Shown: positions 23,552 through 36,082 of the stretch, piece by piece | Numbering within the stretch: the stretch's first letter is position 1 | Layout of the letters: the number at the start of each line of letters is the position of its first letter | From: Oculina patagonica | Lineage: Eukaryota | Assembly (NCBI RefSeq): GCF_052425735.1 | Contig: NC_135761.1 | Span: 14,880,001 to 14,944,000 of the forward strand | DNA length: 64,000 bases | Direction of reading: 5' to 3' | Program-made: the position numbers and the translations under genes | Notes under the pieces: generated by a model | Told to the model about the DNA's origin: nothing | Seen by the model: only the letters and a program-made list of their open reading frames with translations | The model's database searches: none

Positions 23552-25928
23552 ATAAATCCTCTAACAAAAAATGAGGACAACAGTGGCTGCTGATGAATCG
23601 ACAGTTTGTATCACGGTAATCGCATAGGTTTGAGTCTAGTAAAGGATTTAGCATACAGCTTCAAAGGTCACTTTAACAGTTATTAGCTTCCACATAGGTT
23701 TCCCCCATAAATCTTTCTCTTTTTCAGAGTTCACAAAGGAAGAACAAATTGGTTTAGCGACGCATAATAAATTTCGGCAAGTACATGGAGTTCCTATGAT
23801 GACACTTGACAGACAAATGTGTGATCAGGCTAAAGCATATGCCCAAAAAATTGCCAAGATGGGGAGGCTCCAGCACGCTTCGATAGAGGAAAGGGAGGGA
23901 CACGGCGAAAACCTTTACCATGGATGTTCCTCAAACAAGGCAAAAACCATGGAACACGCCGTAAAACAATGGTGAGATTAATTGTAAATTTTTGTTTGGT
24001 TAAAGGAAACCTCCATCGTTCAAACAAATTGCCGTGAAAATGTCATAAATGCGGGAAACAAATTCGGCAAAGAAAGGTGGAGCGATAGAAAGGTACCCCT
24101 GGGGAAAGAGTCTTACCAGGCCAGTTCCAAACAGCTCTCTGAATTCTGCCTCCTGATTTGTATTATTCTGCCCAATCGGGTACCAGTCCTTTTGTGTGTT
24201 TTAATTAAAACTTTATGTACTTTTAAGCCAAAATTGAAGAAAAATTAATCTTTAAATGAGAAAAGAGCGTGCGATCGTGTTCTGTTTAACAATTTTACAA
24301 TAGAGCGTTTTCACTCACGTGACCAGATTTCTCCATCGTTATGGCAACCGACTTTATCCGCCATATTGGTGTTCCAGGGGGGCTGGCAGCTAACTTTGAT
24401 CTTACCGCTTTTCCGCTTTCGATGATCGCCCCAGTTAAGAAATCTGTCAATCATTCGAGAACCGTACGGAGCATGCGCACAATGCCTTGGCAAAAAAAGG
24501 AAACAACATGGCGTCGCGTGTCGAGTTGACTGTAGAAAACGAATTCCCTGTTGGTTATTGCCGTTTACTTCCCGTTATAATTTTTTGTGGCAGTTCTGAG
24601 ACAATCAAGACTAATGTAATGAAGGATCAGCTCTGTTTTAGGTTAGTATAGCAGTTAAAAATTTAAATGAGCAAGGAGCGAGTGACATGTTTCGGGACAA
24701 GTTTCTGTGTATACTGCATGGGCTGAGATTTTCCCAGTCAAGTGTTATTTTATCTTTACGCCTGCACAGCAAAATAAATTATTTCGACCGCGATTCTCCT
24801 TCACTTAACAGAAAATTCAGTAACAGTGTCCGTTATTGGCGTCGAAGTCTTTCACGGCTTCCCCTGTCAAGTAGGGTTGACCTGCTAAGCTTTACTAAAG
24901 TTTACATTTTAGATCATTTTATATACAGTACCTGTCTCAAGTTCTGTGTCTTTATACAAGCTTACACATGTAGTTTGCGTATAAAACATAGAAGTTATTT
25001 TTATAAATTCATCTTCTGATTGAACGTTTATAGTAGCATCTACTTCTACAACCGAAATATTTTGCATATAAAGTGCCGAGTTGCTTTTGGTTGAAAATCG
25101 AATTTTAAAGCATTTTCCATCATGTCCATGCGAATGGGCCCACAGGAGAATAAACGTTTTCTAAGGTAATCTTAAAGAGATCAAGCTGAAGTCAACAAGG
25201 CAAAGAAATCCAAAAAGAATAAATTTCTTCACTTAAATTTAAATGTAAATAAATAATAATAATTGCAGAGGGTATGGCTTCAATTACCTAAACTGTGCAA
25301 TCTGAAGTGCCTTGCTGACACACAGAAACCGTTAATTATGCTTTGGGTAAATACTTTGGTTGAACAGGGTCAGAGGGATCACAATTTAATTACAGCATTT
25401 AAAGGTGGTAAAGTAAATGCTTGTCTTATGTACTGGAGAATTGCGGTTGTTTCGCCTACGAGTTGTTTCGCTAACGTCCAGTTCGCTAACGAGTTTGGTC
25501 GATTCGCTAACGTCTAAAGTCGTTTCGCTAACGAGCTGTAGGTCGTTTCGCTAACGTATTAAGTTAATACCTTGACGTCTCTTTTAGTTCTTTTTCATCA
25601 ACAGAATAAGACAATCGAACTCACGCTCTTGCCGAAAGACAAACTCGAATCGCTTCAAAAAATTAAGCTTGCAAGACTTAAAGCCGCCATTTTGTTTCCC
25701 AGAAGGCAAATTGTGCAGTGTAAATTCAAATTAGTATTTCTACTTTTCAAAAGCGATTCTAGTTTGTTTGTTTTTTGTTCAAGATTAACGCTAGTAAATG
25801 AAAACAACAAAGTAATCAAAGTAACTACATTTTATTACAAATCAAACTATTTACAAACATTTTTCTCTCGAAGCCTAAGTCCTAAACACGTTTTTCTCGA
25901 AGCCTTACTCCTATTTACAATCAGTGAA

Positions 25929-27552
25929 TTATTGAGCACGAGCTGAGTTGTCACGAGCCGGGCCGTTAAGGCGGGCGCAGGTCTTCAGGAGCTGGTCGAT
26001 GGTCTTCTCTTTCTTATCGTACTTGTCCCAGCTATCGAACAGCTTTGCCTGAAGGTTCCTGTATTTCTTTCTCTGGATACGCTTAAGTTTTTCGGCAGAC
26101 ACGAGCCTAATTGCAACTGCTGTCAGTTTAGCCTCTTTATCGAGAAGCTCAACCAGGGTATATAATGGCAATCCGGAGTGGCCACCGGCTCGACGATTGA
26201 GTGCGTTGTGCCACCCCTCAGTGTCGTTGTTGGTGCGGATGGGCTGTTTGAAGACGCTCCAGTTACGGGGAGGGAAGTCTGAACTCTCGATCCACTGATT
26301 CTTCATGTAGTCGACCAGTTTCTGTAAAGGCTCTGTCTCTGCCTGGAGTGTGAGTCGCTGGAACACGGACTGTATCTTGCTGTGGGGTAGGAACGGCAAG
26401 GCCATTAATTTTCTAATGTACTGGTACGTCGCGTCATCACCGGAATACGCTGTTTGTAATCCAAGCTCCTGGACCTGTAAAAAGAAATTAACTTTTAGTC
26501 GTAAAAAGCCATAATAGTAGCCATTAGCCGTAAAAGCCACCAACTCATTGAGCCCTCAAATTAACTATTTTTTCTTATCAAAGCGAATACAATCTACGAC
26601 TTCACCCTATATTCTTCATCAAAGCGAATAATTCAGATTATTTTTTCAAAACGTAAGCTCTCTTAAGCAATCGATCAATCTAAACGTAAGTTTTTTAAGC
26701 AATCAATTAATCTGATTTCCCACCCATCATAAAAGGTAAATATTTTGTTCAATAACTGCTCGAAGTCCTGACAGATTCCATCTTAAGCATACAAAAAGTG
26801 TTTGGGATGGTTGGATTAATTGCGTGAAACATTATTTAAGCCTACGTTATTGAGTTCATATTTTTGTTGCGTAAAATGGTTAAATATTTGTAGACGTGGT
26901 TCAGTTCAGTGGTTCACAAGCAAAAAAACTTGATCAATTTAAGGGCTCCAAGGAAATATAAAACAAAAATACAAACTCACCTAAAGTCTCGACATTTTCG
27001 GAGGCATCCAAGAATGGTACGTCTCCGCTTGGTAGAGGGCTGGCGGGAAGCGGGCTGACTGGTTCAGATGCCGAGGAGTTTTCCACGCTGACGGTAGGTT
27101 CATACAGGATGCTTGTTGGCTCTTGAGAAAACATCGTCATTTCTCTTACAGTTCCAAGGGTGGCATTAGAATCTGTTGAAAGATACATGTATCTTGTTAA
27201 CACCATGCTGATTCTCTTTGAGTTTAACAACGTACACGCTATATAACTTCAACTGTATAACCTTTAACGTGATCTTGATAAAAGAACTATAGCCTTTTTT
27301 TCCCGAAAGATACTGAAAATTATAGTTACCTTCATTCCTCGTACTCTCAAAGTTGGGTATCAGCAGACGTGCAGAGGAACATGGCTTGCACTTCCATGGG
27401 ATGTCTTCTCCCGTCTTAACTGCATTTCGATAGATGTCTCGGGGCACCCCACTGTCACAAGCTCGGTGCTGCCACTTATTGCAGCCGTCGCATAACAGTG
27501 CTTCCTGACGCAAGTTGACGTGTTTTTTGCACTCGATGCATAGACGAGCCAT
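25929..27552 (-). pseudogene. MULE transposase remnant: PHD-finger exon 27330-27552, Ser/Pro-rich exon 26981-27172, C-terminal exon 25929-26474; central catalytic exons missing
   Basis: CIEC...CDGCNKWQHRAC...WKCKPC is a PHD finger. KLMALPFLP...DYMKNQW...WSVF..PIRTNNDTEGWHNALNR is the MULE transposase C-terminus carrying the catalytic Glu motif. Confidence 0.8.
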
Positions 27553-27771
27553 TTTTCCTTTTAGTTCTCTTTTGCAGTTCAAATGAACGAATGACGACAA
27601 AATTTTTTCTGGGCCTTTTATAGGTAGACACTTGCTCAAGTAGGATCGAAATACTGGTCATTTGATTGGTTAATGCTAATGTTGCTTACTTCCTTTGTTA
27701 AAATATTTTAATTTATTAATGTAAAAACAAAAAGAAAATATTACACTTTCCAGCGCGAGGCACTAATTAGC

Positions 27772-28385
27772 TTTCTTTGTCCAGAAAGTCACAAGTATAA
27801 ACAATAGAAAAGTCGATAACAAAGCTGAAAAAAAAAATCACACTTACCTTGCGCGGGCCACTGATTAACTGGTATTGTTAAGAAACTTAAACTGTAAACA
27901 ACTTACTTTTGAACAAAATAAAATTATGGTGCGTAGCAAACTTTAATATATGTTAACATTAAACTTGTTCGCTTCGACGAAACCTAATATCAACAACACA
28001 CACAAGAGGTCTGTCAATCGAAAAAAAATAAACGCAATCAACTCTTATTGCGCGCGCTCGATTAAATACTCACTGAACCTTTCTTTGTCCAGAAAGTCAC
28101 AACTATAAACAATAGAAAAGTCGATAATAAAGCTGAAAATAAAATCACGCTTACCTTACGCGCGCCACTGATTAACTGGTATTGTTAAGATACTCAAACT
28201 GTAAACAACTTACTTTTGAACAAAATAAAATAAAGTTATGGTGCGTAGCAAACTTTAATATATGTTAACATTAAACTTGTTCGCTTCGACGAAACCTAAT
28301 ATCACACACAAGAGGTCGGTCAATCGAAAAAAATAAACGCAATCAACTCTTATTGCGCGCGCTCGATTAAACACACTAAACCTTT
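27772..28385. repeat. ~310-bp tandem duplication inside the MULE
   Basis: TTTCTTTGTCCAGAAAGTCACAA...GCGCGCGCTCGATTAAA occurs at ~27772 and ~28080, followed by short AAAACCTCGC(C/T)AAACTTTTA repeats to ~28620. Confidence 0.9.
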
Positions 28386-29307
28386 CAATGAGAACGCATC
28401 ATTTACAAAACCTCGCTAAACTTTTAATCGATTTATATGAAGACGCTTAGCTTTTATTCGAAAACCTCGCCAAACTTTTAATCAGTTATGGAGTCGCTTT
28501 GATTACAAAACCTCGCCAAACTTTTATTCAATTATGAAGACGCGTTGATTACAAAACATCGCTAAATTACTGATGATCATACTGTGATGTCACTTTGTTT
28601 ACAAAACATCACTAAACTTTAAGTCTTTGTAATTTGCATATGTTCAGTTAGCCGACCCGAATTGGTCGATTGTTGAAAAAAAAGCTGGGTGAAATAAACT
28701 TTTGATGACGTATAGTAGTCTACAATGTTGATCAGTCTTTTACGTTACGCAGAGGACTGGGACTTGACTTCCAGTCCTTTTTCGGACAAACATGGAGACA
28801 TATTTAACTACGGTATGTTTTAAACTGTCGTGTTTACGTCGCTGAATTTGATGTTATCGTCAAACTCAACGGGTCTTTAATGTGGATTGTTATGTTCTAT
28901 TAGTACATATTATAAAATATGAATCTTCGTAATACGTTAGCGAAACGACCTACAGCTCGTTAGTGAAACGACATTAGACGTTAGCGAATCGACCTAACTC
29001 GTTAGCAAACTGGTCGTTAGCGAAACAACTCGTAGGCGAAACAACCGGTTACCGTACTGAAAACACTTCAGCACTGGAAAAATGATAAATTTGGCCATCA
29101 ACAATGGAATGTCTGTTGCAAACAAGTACATTGACCTACCATACTTATTAGGTAATTTTGTCTCCCAGGGTTTATTTCACATCTCCAAATGAGCTACTCA
29201 TGGGGATGAACCCCTTGCCGGTAATAAAAAAATTCTACAATAATATTTTTGCAATACTGCTTTCCCCCACCCTAAAATTTCTCATCTATCATCTATCACT
29301 ACTTTCA

Positions 29308-29495
29308 GGAGACAGTGTAGCCAAGTGGTTTTGGGTACTGGTGTTGTAATTCTAAGATCCCAGGTCAAAATCCTCTACCCAGCAACAAGCTGAATTTGTT
29401 CTCGGTTGTCCTGAGATCAAATCCTTGGTCGTGCTTTGTAGATAGAGAACTGGTCTGCCTCCTGCTAGTTGGAATTTGTAACTGTTATGTTTCCC
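29308..29495 (+). mobile_element. Degenerate tRNA-derived SINE
   Basis: GGACAGTGTAGCCAAGTGG (A box), CAGGTCAAAATCC (decayed B box), body TTGTTCTCGGTTGTCCTGAG..CTGGTCTGCCTCCTGCTAGTTGG. Confidence 0.6.
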
Positions 29496-31897
29496 TTGAA
29501 GTTAAGGGCATGACCACTGTAAACAACTTTAATTTTACATATTTTTTTTACATTTTCATCTGAAACTTTTCCTGGTCAGCAGGAAGATTATTCAACTGGA
29601 TGCGAGTAGAAATTGATTTTTTTCTTTGGACAGGTAGGGCAGTTAAGAATCGACAGGTTAAGTAAGTCTCAATAGGATTTTTAAAAGTGTCAGATCCCAT
29701 GCAGTGTCTCAATTATTTCTCTACCAGGGTACACACATGTACATTTGAGGAGCAGATCCTTTGCAAACTCCACCATGGTATAATTATTTTATTTGTAAAA
29801 GCATTTTAAGATAATGCATTGCTAAAAACATTTTAAGCCCCCTCAGAACTCAAGTTTCATTTTTTTCCTCAAGGAAATACAGCAAACCGTGGTCACTAAG
29901 TTTTAGGTGACTGACCATGACTGGAGCATTCTACAACCAACCAGCCTCCTGCAAGTTTCAATTCTAAAAAGTCTAAATGCAAGGTTACCCCACCAGCTTT
30001 CTCAGTGAGCGCCATTATCACGAAGACATGCTCAGTTCAAAAGTTTAAAACAGTAATTGAACATGAAAAAATGTTATTGTAACTGGTGCAAAACATAAAA
30101 TAAAACATACTGGTAGGCCAATTAAATTTTGATATATTTTATTTCGACAAACTGTATTTCAGTTCCATGTTACTCTAGATATTATATTCTTATATTCAAA
30201 TTCTAACCAGGCTCTGGTTAAGTCTTACAGAAGAAAAAACTATTCGAAAATGGCTACCCTTACCGTCATGGCGTCTAGTCCAGAAATAAAGATCGTTCAG
30301 CTTATCCAGTGTATGAAACAATTACTAAAAATATTCTGCTGTGAGATTTCGTGGTTGTCTTCACTGGGATGTAAAAACGCAGTGGTGGTCCCGTTCGCCG
30401 GTTTGCGGCGTAAATTTCACTTGTGATAATTCTTAAAAATCGAAATTTTGATAAAAAGTGCTTAAACGAACCCCTGGATGTTCGAACGTGGAAACAGTTC
30501 TCGAAACGTTTATGAACCTTCGCAAACGACCGTCCGCCATCTTTGTTTTCAATTAAACCGGTACTTAGTCCCACTCGGCCATATTTCTTTACTGGGGCGA
30601 TCATCGAAACTCGTCCCAGACCTCGCTGCCAGCCCCCCTGGCTCCTAATTAACGCGGCCAGAAAATCATTTTGAATCAAACCGAATCTGTTTTAGTTCTA
30701 GCCTTGGTTAAGTCTTTCAGTTGCCGGAGTTTTAGGCAAAATTATTTTTGACACGAATTTGAGTGGGTGTTTTTCAGAAAGACGGCCTTTTAAAATTTTC
30801 CTTGACCTGCTGGAGCATATATTAAGTATCAGGTGTTCGTATTTAAGTCGCGTGATCCAAACTCGCTTCAAGAAAACGCTGAAGCGTAGCATTTATTCAT
30901 AAACAGAAAAATAACATTAATACTTGCCTTACGGTTGGTTTAGTCGTATCATGAAATAGTCTATTGTTCTGGCCCAACTTTTCGGATTAAGCACTAAACA
31001 ATAGTCCTTTTGTTCTTGGTTTCGCTGAGGGACATTGGCCGAAGCTAACCGGAAAAGCTCGTGACTAATCGGAAAATTGTCGGTATGACAATTTAGCTGC
31101 ACTGGGGAGTGGGTAGCTTAAATTTGTACTCGTCAGGTCAAGTTTCACCACCAAGGAAGAATTTGACGGTCAGTTCAATTTTGACGGTCAGTCACACTTG
31201 TGTAGACGCGAACAGACGCTTTGAACACAAAACCTTGCTTGACTCCCGCTATTACGGACTCTCGCTATAACGTATTAACGGACACGAAACGAGGCCCCAA
31301 GCGTGTCCGCTATAACGAGAGTTGACTGTAAGGGCTAAATGTAAAAATGTAAGTAATTGTACGTTAAGTCATGTAGGTAACCTAAGTAATTGTCCTGTAA
31401 GTAGGCTATTTTTTTTTCTGTGTGTTGCAATAAAAAATAAAAATAAAAAAAAAAACCGCTAAAATTGAAACTGGCCAACAATCGAAAAAATATCACAGCT
31501 TACGCTAATGATGTAACAACCCATTAGTTGTCAAAACGATTAAGGTATCTTTTAGCATGTTAGCAAAACTGCCAAAACGCATTAAGCGATAATGTTAAAC
31601 TAAGATTTTGGAAGTGAATAAAGTGGAGAGTAGAAGAGTGTCAACGTGTCTATAACTACAAGAAGAATAAGGTTACAAAAAGCAAGAAGAGATTGTGAAG
31701 TAAAGAGGAAAGATAAATAACTCTCATGAGACCTTAGTTGAGTTGTGTAGAGCTTTACATACTTACGTTTGTGCGTTTTTACTTTTTTTTCATTCTGTAG
31801 GACTGTAACATAAGCATGTGGATCATTTATTTGTTAATTGCCACTGTTGCAGCTCAAGGTAAAACTCTTCTTTTAATTTTAATATAAAATAAAAATA

Positions 31898-32345
31898 CAG
31901 TTGAACCCCTATTAAGCGGGCACCCTCGGGGAAATGGCAACTGGCCGCTTAATAGAGGTTGGCCGCTTAATAGAGGTTTGTCAGAAATTAGCATAAGGTC
32001 TTTTTAAAAGGTAACATTATTTCAATACAAAATAAGATGAAAAGGAATAACGGAATCACAGGAAGACGACAATAAACCTGTGTTTGAATGATTTTATCGG
32101 CCGTCACGGTCTGAGCTTGTTGGAAATTAATTTACATTCTTATTGGCCGCATAATAGAGGTAAAAACAATAGACGAACGCTTATCGGGACGGAAGAAAGG
32201 TGGCCGTGGCCGCTTAATAGGGGTGGCCGCTTAAAAGGGGTTATATTTACAGTATTATGTTGACAATATTTTCTGGACTTAAGTAACTGGCCGCTTAATA
32301 GGGGGTGGCCGCTTAATGGGTGGCCGCTTAATAGGGGTTCGACTG
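31898..32345. mobile_element. Tc1/mariner (pogo-type) MITE in the first intron of copy 5
   Basis: TA|CAGTTGAACCCCTATTAAGCGG ... CCGCTTAATAGGGGTTCGACTG|TA with many internal GGCCGCTTAATAG repeats. Confidence 0.9.
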
Positions 32346-33637
32346 TAGATTTATTTACCGGTTTTTTTGCTTGTTAATTGTGATTTAATGAACTTGTTCT
32401 TATATTTATATACGGCTTTCACGTTAAGGGGAGCTTATTGTAGCTACCGTATTCATATAAAAGCAATTCATTCATTCATTCGTTCTCTCTTTTTCTTGTT
32501 TTTATTTTTCTGCTAAAAGAGTTCAGCAATGAAGAACAAATTGGTTTGGCGACACATAACATATTTCGCCAAATACACCAAGTTCCCTCCATGACACTGG
32601 ACAGACAAATGTGTGATCAGGCGAAAGCATATGCTGAAAAAATCGCCAAGGATGGGGAGCTCAGGCACTCTTCAAGACAAGAAAAATAAGGACAAGCTGA
32701 AAACCTTTCCGTGGGATGTTCCACTAACCAGGGCGAAACCATGGAAGAAGCTGTAACTGGCTGGTGAGATTAATTTTAAATCTTTGTTTTGTTTAAAGGA
32801 AACCTACGTCGTTCAAACAAATTACAGTGAAAATGTAGGAAATGCAAATTCGGTGAAGAAGTGGAGCGACAAATCAAGGCCAGTTCCAAAAAGCTCTCTG
32901 AATTCAAGCTGTGACAAACTGGTGAGATTGATTATCAAACTATGTTCTGTTACGGAAAGAAAATCTCTGTTTCTATGCCTTTATATACTGACAAAGATCA
33001 TAGCCATTTCGCTTCCGAGAGGCTGTAGAGCTTTAACTGTGAAGAAAATGTAGTGATCGAATAAAACAACTACCAGTTATCGCGAAATATCGCAAAAATC
33101 TTTCCAAGGGATGTTCTACTAACAAGGCACGAACAACTGAAGAAGCTGTGACTAACGCAATAAGCCTTTTGAGGCTGGGATTCACATGAATTACTCTCCA
33201 TTGATTAAATATTCTGACTAAAATACCAGAATGTACTAAAAGATTATGAAATGATAAAGAGAGGATGCATAATCCAGTCCCTGAACTCTCTATTCCGCGC
33301 GCCCTTTACAGGGGTTAAACCCAAGCGCGAAATAGAGAGTCCAGGATAACTTACACGCGCATGCTCAGAAAGAACCAATCAGAAACGAGAGGTGTTGCGT
33401 TACTTGCTTGGGACGCGCGCTAGGGTTAGAATTGCTTACTCAAATGACAAATTGAACTACGCGACCAAGCGCGAGAATAAATGCACAAAAATGTGCTAAA
33501 TTGCATCCAAAGCCAATTCAATGTAAAGGTACGAAATACCAGGAATAGATGACGAAAAGCGATTTGGTTTTGACCCGAATATTACGTGCACAGTAAGAAT
33601 ACACAAGTGCAACTAACGCGAACGCTCAAAAGAGATA

Positions 33638-33681
<44 letters not shown>

Positions 33682-33689
33682 CGATGATG
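33638..33689. repeat. (GAT)n microsatellite
   Basis: About 17 GAT units seen directly. Confidence 0.95.
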
Positions 33690-36082
33690 AAATATTTATA
33701 GAGCGCCACTATTTTCAAAGTTCAAAATCGTTAACATTAGTAACGTTAAAATTGTAAAAACACTATTGTAATCCGTGACGCGAAAGACAAAGTATTTGGC
33801 GATTCTACCTTCCCCTCGCTATTGGTTTGTTTACCAGATAGACAGAAACTTAACAGATGTCCTTTTCTCAGGTACAACGAAGTGTGTGTTCCCGGATATA
33901 ATTTCGCAGCTGGCGGCTTTAGTGGCGGAACAGGCCATTTTACCCAAGTAGTGTGGAAGGAAAGCACAGTCCTTGGTATTGGTCGAGCTGAAGTAGAACA
34001 AAACGGCAAGAAGTGCGCGTATATCGTGGCCAGATATAAACCTAAAGGGAACATGATGGGGCAGTTCAACCAAAATGTGCCGAAGGGCAACTTTGATGTC
34101 TCCTACTGCCGCGGCAAAGCCCAGTACTACTGAAGCGGGTTGATAAAAAAATGTAAGGAGAAAATGCTATATGTAAGGGGTTTTGTCTGTTGGTGGGAAT
34201 ATTATGATACATGATATGATATCGCTGTTATTTCTGTACTATGGCTTACTGAAAATAAAAGTTACTTAAACTGAATTTTGGAGTAAACTTATTACTGAAG
34301 AAGTCTTCAGGAACAGCGGTCGTTTCACCATCGAGCCGTTTTGCTAACGTCCAGTTCGCCAACGCACTGATATACAGTACCAATCAGTCTTTATTTGCCC
34401 TTAAGTTCTTATTTTTGTATTAGATTTATAATTTAAGTAGACTTAGGTATAGGAGATCTCAGCAAATCCTGGTGGACATTTCGAGTAGAGTTCCCGTTAA
34501 TTTACCACTCAAAATTAAGTTGACAGTCCCTCGTGTCTCGATGCTCGCGTCTTGAAATTAAATGACTGTGATCTTAAATTTAAAGTGTATATTGTGCACT
34601 TTAAATATGTGCTCACCCTTTTTGAGATATCAAGACAATGTCTTACTTGCGACGAAATGAAATTCTGGTAACAACATTTAGTATGTACCTTCCAGGGTGA
34701 ATTCTGCAAGTTTTTTTTAATAACAGAAAGTTAGTAGACTGAACATGGTGCATGTGTCATTGGTATTACACTGCTTCAGCCTATAGGTGTTTCCCTTTAG
34801 TCCCGTCATGTTCTCTATAGGACAGTGCGTTCTGCACTCCTTCCGATCCCTCCCTTATCCTTTCTGGTTGTGTTTTTTAATTGCTTACATGGATTTAAGT
34901 CTGGTGTCTTGCTTCATTCTCTTTTCTCCTGTCCTTTTGTAAAAGCGCTCTATTGCGGCAACCCAGTGACCCGGTGTTAAACCTTTTAACTTCACTGTTG
35001 GAGTTGAGCAGGTAGGTAAACTTTATTCGCGTAAAGCTTTACACTCTCCAATTACTGTATCACTTAGTGAGAAGTGCCTTCACTTCGTCGCGACAAAGAG
35101 GGTTTCCAAGCGGACGAACAAATAGTGGTTTAGAAACTACCAGCGACGAGAACGGTCAGTGACGTTGAATTCATTTTTAACGGTATTGGTACTTTAGACG
35201 GTATTTTAACGCTTCATAAGACATGCTAAACGACAAAAGCTTTTTAAATAGGTTAAAAAGCTTTATTTAAGATAAAAGCAAGTTGTTAATGTGCGATAAA
35301 TGTGGGTCGGACGAGAGAAAAAGTGTTTTACCAGCAGCTAGAACTCAGATAGAACAGAGTCGTTTTAGAACACTCTCTAAAAATTTTGTTCTTACAATGA
35401 ATGAACTAAAGAGAAAACAGAGGGAGAACAATGGTTATCACGGTTATAAACTTTCTTTCTTGTTAATTAATTATTCGTGATTTTGAACTCCAACCAAAGG
35501 AACCGAATAGATTTTATCTTTATCAATGAAATTGTTACCTTAAATCAAATACAGTTGATCCCCCTGTTTTGATAACATAAATTTAAATTCTTCACCGTAT
35601 TACCAACGCGTTCTCTTTAGCTCATTTCTTTGAGCCCACAAATTTTCTTTGGTCGTATGTGTAAACGAAACTTTAAGATATAACGAGTGTTTTTCCTTTA
35701 ACCGTTGAGCCTCCTTCTGCGGTAAACTTGAAGTTAGTTGCCTCTAAACGTACCTACATGTATACACAATTAACCACAAACGCTTGTTTAAAACATTATT
35801 GTTGAGTTTATGTAGCCTGATCGTTAAGTTGCTCTCTAAATTCCCTGCGTGCATTCAAACAGAAGTGACCAGCTTAAGGTTAGTGCCCATATCATCGCAG
35901 ATGGTCACTGCAGTTTACAAATATTGGTCTTTTAACTAAGGTGCACCAAATCTCTCAGTGTGGTTCCGCGTGTTTTCCCACGATCGAGCGGGTTATAGCA
36001 AACTCAGTAAATCTCAGCTCATTCTATTGTTTTGTATTCGTTTTTTCTCCTATTCAGTATTTCCTATCCTGAGGACAAAGTT

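Larger units (their letters stand above)
21603..23971 (+). pseudogene. CAP gene copy 4, incomplete: exons 21603-21648, 22081-22467 (donor lost), 23728-23971; no exon B of its own
   Basis: Signal exon MWIIYLLLATGAAQE-G. The linker exon is open but its donor reads TTATAT where copy 3 has GTTTGT. Exon A is intact. I found no YNEVC/GHFTQ exon between 23972 and the next paralog's upstream region (~31460). Confidence 0.7.
25436..29053 (-). mobile_element. Mutator-like (MULE) DNA transposon, internal-deletion derivative
   Basis: ~115-bp TIRs built of TTCGCTAACG sub-repeats (25444-25560 / 28931-29047), flanking direct repeat GTACTG, and transposase and PHD exons inside. Confidence 0.85.
24300..30641. 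mobile_element. Large non-autonomous DNA element with bipartite inverted sub-terminal repeats; hosts the nested MULE
   Basis: CCAGGGGGGCTGGCAGC (24374-24390) and TTTCGATGATCGCCCCAGTTAAGAAAT (24417-24443) are mirrored at 30625-30641 and 30583-30609. The left end begins ATAGAGCGTTTTCAC. An inward-facing ATGGCG lies near each end. No TSD found. Confidence 0.6.
31816..34133 (+). pseudogene. CAP gene copy 5 (no linker exon) with premature stop; exons 31816-31858, 32520-32763, 33872-34133
   Basis: Signal exon MWIIYLLIATVAAQ-G. Exon A reads ...RHSSRQEK*GQAENL with TAA at 32687-32689 (GAG in paralogs). Exon B is intact with a short tail (SYCRGKAQYY*). Confidence 0.8.

Noticed and set aside
24374-30641. 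True RAG/Transib transposon
   Set aside because: No CACAGTG-like terminus, no nonamer, no 5-bp TSD and no RAG1-like coding sequence; only the spacer geometry is reminiscent.
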